Under the pieces are notes generated by a model. The model made no database searches and was not told the origin of the DNA. It saw nothing but the letters and a program-made list of their open reading frames with translations. Below, one piece after another: positions 53,849-64,000 of a stretch of 64,000 nucleotides of DNA (within the stretch, counting starts at the first letter, position 1; the number at the start of each line of letters is the position of its first letter). The position numbers and the translations under genes were made by a program. The stretch is from Phoronis australis (taxonomy: Eukaryota > Animalia > Phoronida), in NCBI GenBank assembly GCA_002633005.1, contig NMRA01000106.1:353655-417654 (forward strand), given 5' to 3'.

Positions 53849-56617
53849 CTGTAAATAAAAAAGTAAAAATGAATATACATTTACTAGGAATGTACTGATT
53901 TCTTACAGTTTACAAGACATTTTATACGTTTTTTTACGAAGATCACTTCTAATAGTGTCGTAAGACCCTTAATGTCAGTGATGTTTTATCAAAATTCGCT
54001 TTGCACACACCTTTTGACAACAAGCGCTACCGCGAGGATGATAGCGAAGAGACCGACGAAGCATCCTACTCCAAGCGTGAGATATTGCCAGTTCGATGTA
54101 AACCACGAATCCTGTGTTGGAAATAAACGTTTTTAAGACGGTGATGGTGTTAACGATGATGGTAGCAGTGATGACGAAGGTGATTGCAATGATGATGGTG
54201 ATGAGGGTGATGACGAGGCGGTGATTTGGGTGGTGATGGTGGTGGTAATGATGATGGTGATGATGATGATGATGGATGATGACGACGACGATGATGATGA
54301 TGATGTTGATGATGACTGGTGGTGCTGGTGGCTGTGGAGATGGTGGTGGGGATCATGATTGTGAATATGATAATGACTGTGAAAATGACAGTGACGTAGA
54401 TGTTGTCCACGATGACAATGATGGTGCTGGTGGTAGTAGTGGTGATGGTGGTGGTGATGGTGATGGTGCTGGTGCTAGCAGTGATGATGATAATGATGAT
54501 GACTCTGACCACAAACCTGGCAACACGATAGATATACCAATTCTCTTAAAATAAATACAGATTTGAAAAGTACCAAACACCCAGGTGCGGGATAGTTAGA
54601 TTATTTATCATCGTCCTTTGAACTTTTGATGTGCAATACTTTATTAAATCGAGCACTATCTAAATGAAATTAGCAGACAGTTAAACCTGAGCCACAAAAA
54701 GATTAATCACTGTGATTGTTGACCAAGTTCCAATTACACAGTGATTATTTCAATTGTTAACCACAAAATGTGTCCGATAAGAAAGAAAATTACGACTATC
54801 AGTTACAAATCCATTAGGACCAGTCCAGGGTCCATCCAATCTACCAGGACAAGGGTCTTCTATCGCTTTTCTGTCGCCACATTGCCTCGAATTTGTTTAA
54901 GTAAAAGTTGTATGTTCGAAATCGACGACTTCTCAGTCTCTAAGATTAAGCATGGCTGTTATCGCCATAAGGCGCTGGCCTGGTGGAATACATTCATACT
55001 GTACAATACCTTTTGTGTACTATGGCACCAGACAATCGCACACAGGATTCCTTGAATAATCCGTATGAACCACAGAAGTATCTAACGAATTGCTGAATTA
55101 TTTTTTGTTTGTGAATCAACCACTTGTCATGGGTGTGGTTTGTGTGAGTGATTTCGGTTGGTGAAAATGAGTTTGGAGCTCTTAAAAGTTTGGAGTTTAG
55201 GTCCGTACACATGTGTCTACTTTTCGCTTGTGTGCCGGACAACGTGGTTTGTATGTTGACGTATGATTCAGTACTTTGTGCGAGCGATCAATGGCCCGTG
55301 CAAAGGACATATACATGCAATTATATTGTATTAAGTCAAAAACTTTACCTGAGGATTTTTTGTTGATTTCGACACATTTGACATAAACTGTTCCACGTAT
55401 CCTGGCCTTACCAATCGTTGAAGAGAACTCGTGTTGATTTCAGATGAATGCACAGAGATCATCAATATTTTTCTGAAATAATGGTCACATGAGCGGTAAT
55501 GAGCAAAGATATGGCACTGGATTCAACTGTACAATACTGTGTTAATTTAAGGAATCAATATACAATTCTTATGTTACTTTAGTTTTAAATTAATCAAAAA
55601 GTTTTTACCAAATGGTTTCGGTGAACGCAATGGTGCTGTCATGTATCGGGTAACTTATTTTGAATGTGTAATTAATTCGAAAAAAAAAATATATATACAG
55701 ACCTAATACGTAGCTACAAGTTGGTGACGTGATTGCAACTAAGAACAAATTAGCGTTACATATCTAAACTAACATTCCAGGATAGAGCTAAAAACGTGAA
55801 GGTTGAGCTGCTGGACCTTTAGTGCTATACCGATAGTCCTTATACTTACCCATCTATCTCAACTCCTACAGAGACGTTGTTCCTTCCCGTCTGTTGTGTT
55901 AGGTTCTTTAGAAGTTCTGCTCGCAACTTATCGGCGTGTTCCATGCTAACTTTGTAACCAACCAGCACTTTTATGTTAACTGAAAACGGTGCATGCTCGA
56001 GTGTGTTTCTGGATTTTGCAGTAGCCAATTTACTAAAAGTTGTTCTGAGGTTTTCCTGTAGAGTCGCCCATTTTGCAGACATGGTTGAAGATCTTTCGTT
56101 GGAATGCGTCAATCTTTCTTTCCATGTAGGTTTTTCAGTGATCAAATTCTTAGTGGAGTTTGTGTAGGATGTCTGCGTTGAAGTTGTCCATTCTTCATAT
56201 GTAGTGAACGACATTAAATTAGTCGATATTGTTTCTTCTTGTACATGTTTTTCAGTGGACGGGGTTAAGAGAGAAGATTTTTTATTTACTTTTGCTCTCG
56301 AACTTGCACTCTGAGTCCACGCATGCGTGTTTGACGTGGCTAAGGTTTTGTAAAGTATCTTCGAGAAACTGTTTTTTGGAGTCGACATGTTTGAGGTATG
56401 TTGTATGGATGTAAGTAGTGTATCGCCGTTATTTGTTGTGAGAAGCAAAGAAGAAAGACTGAAGGAAGGGAAATGAGATGACGATGGCAACGACGACGAT
56501 GAAGATGACGATGATGAGGATGACGACAATGGCGACGGCGACAACGGTGACAGTGACGCTAAGGATGAGGATGATGACAATGAAAAAGAAGATGATGAAA
56601 ATGATGACGATGAAAAA

Positions 56618-56656
<39 letters not shown>

Positions 56657-59600
56657 AATGATGACGACGATGATGATGGAGGTGGTGATGGTAGTGATGG
56701 TGATGACTGTGATGATGACGTCAACCACAAACGGGACGGTGACGACAATGATGCTAATGTTGATGATACTATTGATGGTGGCACGGATGTTGTCGTGAAT
56801 TTACTCATATTTGTAATTTCATCACCATCCACAACAGTTGTCACCTTTTCGGCAACGCTTTTTTTTGGAGTGGAGAAGGAATGCGTAGCGAGGACAGTGG
56901 CAGTTGATGTAATTGACCTCGCTTCTTTCTTTTTGGTTGACCTGTGAGTCGTCTCATGTTTCGAATTGGACGTTTTTTGGAAATAGATTATATTATCACC
57001 GCTCTCAGACGTCACCGTTGGTGGACTTGGGCTCCCGAGATCATATCGCGAGTTTGTTGTTTTATGAGATGGTAATTCTGAAGTGTTTTCTTGGGTTGAC
57101 GGTGTCAACGGCCAGGACGTTATCGATGTAACATTGTCAACGTGTACATGTTTGTTTTCGACAAGGGCAAAAGTTGAAGTACTGTCGACATAACTACATG
57201 TAGTGGTCGTACCCGTCACTGTGTTTGACGTCGAACTTTCTTCTGTCAAGTGAATAGTCGACTGATTCGATGAATTTGATAGGCTGCTAAAGATGGGAGA
57301 CGAAGTTATGTCCTCAGCAGACCATTGTGTTGAAATTAAATCAGACGCACGATGAGAAATGATTGACGTGAACTCTGTAACATCTAATACTGAGGTACTT
57401 GTCCATTTTCCAGCTACTATTGGCGGCGTTATTTGCACGCTAGTGTTTATAAAAGGATTCGTGTGCTTGGGTATCTCAATTTTGCTTTGTGTGCTCACGT
57501 TAGTATCAACGTGTATCAAATTCGCTGTTGATAATGTTGTAATTTGTGATTCACAGTTTCTTCCGGAAAATCCGTAACCACAAGTACAGTTATAGGTTTT
57601 TAGTGAATTTACACAACTTCCTCCATTTTGACATGGCAAGCTTTCACATTCATCGATATCGGCCTCACAGTAAGGACCAGTAAATCCGTCACCACATCTG
57701 CACTCAAAATCGTCCACTAAATTAAAGCACTGTCCTCCATTCTGACAAGGTTCACTTTTGCACTTATTTACGTCAGACTCACAATGAACTCCTGTATATC
57801 CGCTTAAGCACGTGCATTCGTAACTGTCGACTAAATCTGTACATTTTCCATCGTTTTGACAGGGTTCACTTTCGCACTCATTGATATCAACTTCGCAGTG
57901 AGCTCCTGTATATCCGCTTAAGCACGTGCATTTGTAACTGTTGACTAAATCTGTACACTTTCCACGGTTTTGACAGGGTTCACTTTCGCACTCATTGAAA
58001 TCGACTTCGCAATGAGCTCCTACATATCCGTTTAAGCACGAGCATTTGTAACTGTTGACTAAATCTGTACAGGATCCATCGTTTTGACAGGGTTCACTTT
58101 CGCACTCATTGAAATCGACTTCGCAATGAGCTCCTACATATCCGTTTAAGCACGTGCATTTGTAACTGTTGACTAAATCTGTACACTTTCCACCGTTTTG
58201 ACAGGGGTCACATTCGCACTCATTGATATCGACTTCGCAATGAGCTCCTGTATATCCATTGAAGCACGTGCATTTGTAACTGTTAACTAAATCTGTACAG
58301 TTGCCACCATTGCGACAGGGGTCACTTTCACACTCATTGATATCTACTTCGCAATGAGCTCCTGTATATCCGTTAGAGCACGTGCATTTGTAACTGTTGA
58401 CTAAATCTGTACAGTTGCCACCATTTTGGCAAAGTGCACTTTCGCACTCATTCATGTCATATTCGCAGTGGGCACCTGAATACCCTTCAGCGCACAAGCA
58501 CGAATAACTGTTCACGGAATCTTTGCATGTTCCACCATTTTGACAGGGCCCTTGAAGACACGCGTCAATATCACGATCACAGTTGTCGCCTCCATATCCT
58601 GCAAGAAGTATTGTTTTGTAATAATACATGTTTGTCGTTTTTTATGTTGATAATTTGGACCATTGATATCTAATAAAGTCGAGAGCCTAAACATCGCTTT
58701 CTAAGTAGCTCCAGTAACATTTGTTTTTGTTTTTGTTTTTATTATTGTATAGATGTGTGTGTGTACTTTGGTAGACTCATCAGTGTTTCTCAATTGCAAA
58801 CCGGCGGAGTTAGTTCGATTGCCACCTACACATGCAAATGCGTTCACGTTAAAGCCGGAACAAAGTTTCGTAGACGCAAGAATCGAGCTAAGGAAGCAAG
58901 AGTGAACCCGCGCATCGCTTGAATTACATGGCGATATCTCGCAAAGGCGTGCGTGATCTGACGTTTTCGAGAGGTTCTCGCGCACGTGTGAATGTAAACG
59001 GGGATATCTTGAAACAACTTTTAACTGCGTGGGAAAATGATTTCTTTTTGATAAATTTGAGAAGGAAGTCAACATTGTTCCAAATCAACTTTTTCTGGTG
59101 CAAGTTGCCCTGTCCAGAAGAACTGTTTCCGTTTGAATTTAGTTTGAAGTCGTGGTAAACTTGAATAGTAAAAGGTAGTTTATGTTTTGCACAGGTTCTT
59201 GTGAGATTATTCTGTTAATTTTGTACATAACACATCGACAAGAAACAAAATTGATCTAGTCAAGAACGAAAGTATGGAACACAACAAAATATGATGTGCT
59301 TCTTTAACAGGTGATGCCTACTTTAGAATACAAAACACAGTCATGGATAACTATAAAAACGCCATTTTAATATACAATGGCACAACACTCCCCAGTATTG
59401 TGCAGTAAATAATACGATAATTATTAATCTAGTTTTAAATTACGAAATATTTCTCCCAATACGATTATTTGATACTCTTACCTGGAAGACACAGTTTGCT
59501 ACCAGTTCTGGTATCGCAAGTATAATGCCCTGATGACGAATCCTGTGCCTTGCAGTACACGTTGCATTCATTGGTGTAGTAGTTATCGTCACAGAATACT

Positions 59601-62600
59601 CTATACTTATACGTGAACCTAAACAATTGTAATAAACACAAGGCTTCAGCAATGAAAAAATGCGTCGGCTGAGTGACTAATCTTCTTATAATTGTTCTCA
59701 AACTTCGTTAAAGACACCACTAGACTTTTTGTTAGCGAGCTTCATGCTAGCATTGCTCCGAAATTACGAACGTACTAGCATCAAGCTCGGTAATACAGAG
59801 TCTAGTCGTGTCTTTAACGAAGATTGTGTAAACGAAGGTCTACTATCGAGCTATACTAATTGTTCTCAATAAAAGTCTAAAATGCATTAGATATTCTTAC
59901 CGATGCATACTATCCATTTTATCAGGACGGTGTGGATAAGAGTGCAAGTTTTGTTTCCTGGTCCTAGATTAGAGGCCCAACAGGTCAATTAACCCACGCC
60001 CACCTTTTCAAATGTGACCCTTTTCAGATGATCGAAAAGCGTTTCGAAATGATGTGCAAATGCAATGTTTCATGAGATTTTAAGTCTTGATGCAATGTCA
60101 TGGACAGACGTTACTTAATCAAAGCGATATTAAGAAAATCATTGTTTTCAGTCTTACACGTTGGAATCTCGTCTCAGTTCTTTTGCTTTCCATGTTGCTT
60201 GACCCCGACTTGGAGCGGCTGGTTCTTCAATCTCTACGAAGTTTTTAAAAATTTCAGTATCTCTATTTCCTAGGTCATCGTCCAGGACTGTAATTCTCAA
60301 AAGAAAGCGTCCCTTAGAAGAAATAAAAAGATAAAGTATGACCATAATAAAAATTGCATTAGGTGATTATTGTGTTAAAGAGTTACAAAAGAAAATGTAT
60401 ACTAAATGCCCTGTTGCAATTTTAATCATATAAAAATGTTAACATATAAACCTTAACACGCCATTAGAAACAAAAACCAAGACGCAGTGGAACTTGTAAC
60501 GGTTTTCGTGTTTTTGTAGCATGGCATGCATATGGAACAGCTGTTCTTGTTTGCATCGGAATACGTTTAGCGGAAAATGTTTCGTTGAGTGACTAGAACT
60601 TTCATGACTTTGAAAGATTATTTAACAATCCTAAAAATACAAGAACATGCCTGTTACTGTAAAGGATAAAGAAAGAAGTTTATTACATCAGAAATGTAAT
60701 TAATTGGTATTTGTACTTTTGGGGATATTTACAAAAATCGCTGTTCGTTTTGGTTAAATGGTAACAAAATTTCGTACATGCCAGTAATTGACCTATCGCC
60801 AGGATTATAACTGACGGCTTAACTAACCAATCAGAACGCAGCATTCTTAATACGCCTTCGTCTGCGTTCCAAGCCGCCATTTTACACGACAAACAATCTT
60901 GTCGTCAGTAAAGCTTATTTTAGTCTATAGCTAAAAAATTGTGCGATAAGAATAGTGAAACGATGTTCATATGTCGTTTGTAGTTCTGACAACCGTTATA
61001 CAGCTCGAGAAGAATATCCCGTCATTTTTGGGCATTCCCGAAGCCGAAAAGTGTTGTCGATTGAGTAAACGATGGATCAAACTGGGTCGACGGCCACACG
61101 AGCAGCTAAACGTAACAATATTGCTGGATTACTCGAAGGTTAAACACAAAATTAATATATTTGTTCCAAGATGCGTACTTTTCAGCTTCGTGGCTATACT
61201 GTAGGCCAATCTAATTTTGACTCCGGAGTTTCACTCGTGTGGGGGCCTTTGTCTCGGCATCTGCTGGATCCCAGCACTAGTCTAGTGGTAGCCCCCGGAA
61301 AGTTGTTTTTAAGGACAGTTTTGTTTTTTTTTTTATTTATTTCAAACCTATAATGGACATCGTTCTGTTTCGTAGCACAGCTACGTTTTTTGCTATTTAC
61401 ATGTATATACGCGTAGGCTGGCATTCAACTGAACTCACCCGAATTGATAGATTCGATCGGCACATGCATGGGGGGCACTAGATTACTGAACTCAAAGCCT
61501 CGTTCGAGCTGTTGTTACGAAAAAATAAACTGTTGATTTACTTTTTGATGAGAACCTCTAGAATACACTACGCCTGCAGAGTTAAGGAGAGCTCATTTTG
61601 TAGTTGTTCAAACACGATACTTGGATTTATAAAGCTTTAAAAAACAATTTTAGTTATTTTTGTGAATGGCCACTTTTTCCACTACACCAGACTTGTCATC
61701 TTTTGTTACCATGCCACAGCTTAGTGATCATGCTACGTTCAAAATTAAATGCAAACTACCTTAATGCAATGAAACTACAAAAATATGAAGTTCAACGTAT
61801 TACTTGTCTTGATGGTGCACTGAATTACGGCCAATTCCATGCGTTAATTTGACTTTTGGACACAGCCCTAGACCTACCGGAGCTAACTGATTGCCTAGGA
61901 TAAGATGATTATGTACCTGAGCTACAAACCTGATTTTTAATCAAAATATTTCGCTCGAAGATTAGAAAAAATATAAATAGTGCTATCGACTCGACCTACT
62001 TTACTTGGAGAATACAATCAGTTGTGACCTACGTTTCATTTGGCGGAATTTAGAAGACGGCAGAATAAAAATATCGGCAAATCCTCAATTATTTTGTTCG
62101 AAAAATCCTGAAATCTATGGCATCGTACAGATAATTCGACTTCAAGGTAAATATCCAGCTTTACATGAACAGTGGCTTCATCAGTTTTCAAGTGAAGGTG
62201 AACCCCGTGTGGGGTTCTTCGGATTTTCGCTTGCTCCGAAATACTTTTCCTCGTGCACTTACTTTTTCATCGTCTCCTTTACAAATTCCCAAGTCATGAA
62301 CGGACGATTCTCAGCTGAAAAGTACCGCTTGTTGTCTTTGTCGAAGCTTTTTCGGAAAGTGCAAAAAACGCCCACCAGGAACGTCGTTTAGCGACTGCGT
62401 ATTTGCCTCTGACATCTTGCGTGCGTTCAGTAGACGCTAGGACCTACGCTAGGACCTAGCAAAAAGCTAGTCAAGTTCACGTGCTCTTATTTAAAATACA
62501 CGGTAATATTTCGCGTAATCTCGCAAAGTCTTGCTTTTAAGCTAGGTCCTAGCGTTACTGAACGGGAGGCTTGTTTGTTTGTTTGTCGGGTATCACGTGA

Positions 62601-62853
62601 CTTTTCGCAAGGAGGCGGAGCTTGCGATAGGTCAATTGGATCTTCACTCACTTAAACCACAATTAGAGACTGTTAAGAAAACGATCACAACTTTAAGTTC
62701 ACCTTTCAAGTTCAAACAACACTTACCAGCCACTGGTCAAAACTTGTTTCGAAGTTACAGTCTCCGCTCTTCAAGTCCTTTTCAAACAACACACTGTTAG
62801 TGTTTTCCTTTCCTGTGCACGTTTTTTGTTCTGGTATGACTCCATTGTTCACA
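53662..62853 (-). CDS. Spliced gene, 5'-incomplete: DSL-family (Delta/Serrate-like) type I membrane protein with C2/MNNL, DSL, 9 EGF, mucin stalk, SEA-like region, TM and short tail (about 1190 codons in window)
   Basis: Phase-compatible exons 62727-62853 (2 to 0), 60158-60312 (0 to 2), 59482-59618 (2 to 1), 55850-58598 (1 to 2), 55349/55412-55472 (2 to 0), 54011-54111 (0 to 2), 53662-53848 (2 to stop). Confidence 0.85.
54011..54111 (-). CDS. DSL gene exon: transmembrane helix
   Basis: DSWFTSNWQYLTLGVGCFVGLFAIILAVALVVKR, followed by basic RRNRQK in the next exon. Confidence 0.85.
54138..54503. repeat. Intronic degenerate (GAT/GGT)n trinucleotide tract
   Basis: Directly visible between the juxtamembrane and TM exons. 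Confidence 0.92.
55349..55472 (-). CDS. DSL gene exon: juxtamembrane region with two in-frame donors (55412 and 55349)
   Basis: tatttcag acceptor, open in phase 2. TTG|gtaagg and CAG|gtaaag are both phase 0. Confidence 0.7.
55850..58598 (-). CDS. DSL gene 2749-nt exon: 9 calcium-binding-type EGF repeats, Ser/Thr mucin-like stalk, start of juxtamembrane domain
   Basis: 927-aa ORF with DINEC..PCQNGG.C.D.VNSY.C.C..GY.G.HCE repeats. Borders cttgcag / gtaagt. Confidence 0.95.
56470..56775. repeat. Coding (GAT/GAC)n trinucleotide tract encoding poly-Ser on the minus strand
   Basis: Directly visible inside the large exon. Confidence 0.93.
57781..58464 (-). repeat. Six near-identical 114-bp coding tandem repeats (EGF2-7)
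   Basis: gcatttgtaactgttgactaaatctgtac-type block recurs every 114 bp. Confidence 0.93.
59482..59618 (-). CDS. DSL gene exon: DSL domain
   Basis: YRVFCDDNYYTNECNVYCKAQDSSSGHYTCDTRTGSKLCLPG matches the DSL consensus C..YY...C...C....D...GHYTC...G.K.C.PG. Confidence 0.92.
59702..59824. mobile_element. Hairpin MITE-like element with ~50-bp arms
   Basis: cttcgttaaagacaccactagact...gagcttcatgctag / ctagcatcaagctc...agtctagtcgtgtctttaacgaag. Confidence 0.75.
60158..60312 (-). CDS. DSL gene exon: C2/MNNL part (GRFLLRITVLDDD...ATWKAKELRR)
   Basis: Pyrimidine tract plus aag acceptor, gtaaga donor, 155 nt. Confidence 0.8.
62425..62564. mobile_element. Small TIR element with GCTAGGACCTA subrepeats
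   Basis: cgttcagta..cgctaggacctacgctaggacctagc / gctaggtcctagcgttactgaacg. Confidence 0.65.
62727..62853 (-). CDS. DSL gene exon: C2/MNNL part (...ENTNSVLFEKDLKSGDCNFETSFDQWL)
   Basis: Strong CTG|gtaagt donor. Joining gives FDQWL|GRFLL, like the Delta F-x-WP|GTFSL junction. Not in the ORF track. Confidence 0.65.
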
Positions 62854-64000
62854 CTTAAATATAACAAAAGACAATCTGTGATATCAAGGAAAAATGATCA
62901 TTTACAAAAACATGACACACTAACTTTCAAATCAGTCACGTAATATTTATTGTTCAATGCTTTTATCTTAACACTTTCAATATTAGCTAATAGATATCAC
63001 CACTGTACGACTCGATTTTGTGTTGGGCGAGAAAATAATGAAATGAGCTCAGGGCAGCTTCGAACCTGTAACCACCGCGATCGCATTTTAGTGCTCTTCT
63101 AACGGAACTACATGTTAATTAGTACCCCTTGATGAATGTCGATTATTTTTTTGGCGTATTTAGGTTTAAAGCCACGTTTAACGCCTTTGCAGCTCACCTG
63201 AAAATTAGGGCAAGTCGGGTTTGAAGGCAATTCTGTGGACTAAATAGGAAGCGATTTCCACGAATAGTATTCAGCAGTTCTTTGACGTTGTTTTGAGTAG
63301 GAGTCCAGAAATTGTGCCTCTGCTCTGTTCTACCGCAATCCATAAGACTCGCCTTTTTCTTGGCACTTCCTTGTTTGGCGTGCAATTTTTATTCAAATAC
63401 AGGTACTCTTCAGACGAATGGAAATTGGAAAAATCTGGTTCGTAATTATGTATTTAACCTATATTTCTGGAACCTATAGTTCAACAATACTTGGATTCTC
63501 TTCTCTGGTAGCGGGGCCGTCGCACGTTTTGGATTTTGGGAAAACAATACCAAAGTCGCAATTTTTGGGAATTTTTGTCATCTGATTTTTTCCGGTGGAC
63601 GTAGCAAAGCAAAATAATGTGTCTTCTATCAATTTCTTTATCCTTAAGAAACCCCATCGGTTGTGTTTTCTGTGAAATATGAGTTTTTTAGTTGTCTTGA
63701 GACAGAGTGGAAAAACATGCTTTTTCGAAGCCAGTCTGGTGATGACGTCGAGATGAGCCACCCAATATGTAGTCGTTTAAATCTTAACTAGTACCGTATG
63801 CGGCCTTGATTCAGCGAATGTCTTGCAGATGCATTCACTGGCAGGACCTGGCGAATGGTAATACATCGCAAAAACAAAATAGGTATTGTTGTTTTATAGC
63901 TGTAGTGAAAATTGATAACTTTAACAAGTCTATCCCGTCTAGAAATAATCTGAAATGCAATCTGCGGCCACATAATGAACAATTTCGATTGTACTACTGC

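Noticed and set aside
54150-54580. Poly-His, poly-Asp/Gly and poly-Thr ORFs
   Set aside because: Stop-poor readings of an intronic triplet repeat with no phase-compatible splice path.
55703-55763. Candidate small exon after the large DSL exon
   Set aside because: It has a stop in the required phase 2. Exon 55349/55412-55472 fits instead.
56429-56798. Poly-Ile and poly-Met ORFs
   Set aside because: Alternate frames of the poly-Ser coding tract.
57781-58464. Regularly spaced repeats resembling a CRISPR array
   Set aside because: The whole 114-bp unit is repeated and encodes EGF domains. There are no unique spacers or cas genes, and the DNA is eukaryotic.
63194-63982. Possible upstream exons of the DSL gene (donor-like site at 63197, ORF 63788-63982)
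   Set aside because: No signal peptide or MNNL CCD/C-x-F-x-C motif was seen in the frames read. The 5' exons probably lie outside the window.

Overview
AT-rich, intron-rich animal genomic DNA, most likely a marine invertebrate (lophotrochozoan-like; this is inference from gene and repeat content). Three spliced protein-coding genes lie on the minus strand. (1) 506-10677: a secreted protein rebuilt from 9 phase-compatible exons, several of them missed by the ORF track. Its order is signal peptide, degenerate Gla-like module, TSP1, a second internal Gla-like module, then TSP1 x3. It probably continues past the left edge. (2) 23276-35638: a two-exon RASD (Dexras1/Rhes)-type small GTPase of 270 aa, with a CAAX end and an atypical NKCE G4 box. 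(3) 53662-62853: a 5'-incomplete DSL (Delta/Serrate-type) Notch-ligand-like membrane protein. Its order is C2/MNNL, DSL, 9 EGF, a long Ser/Thr mucin stalk, a SEA-like region, TM and a short tail. Non-coding DNA holds two decayed LINEs, a THAP-bearing DNA-transposon remnant, MITEs, tRNA-derived remnants and microsatellites. It also holds an inverted pair of Penelope-type hammerhead ribozyme motifs around a tRNA-like head, and about 30 TACATGTA octamers that look like Tc1/mariner excision footprints. The most interesting items are the Gla-like/TSP1 protein that has lost its Gla glutamates, the hammerhead/tRNA fold-back element and the mucin-stalked DSL protein. All gene models were assembled by eye and have no transcript support.
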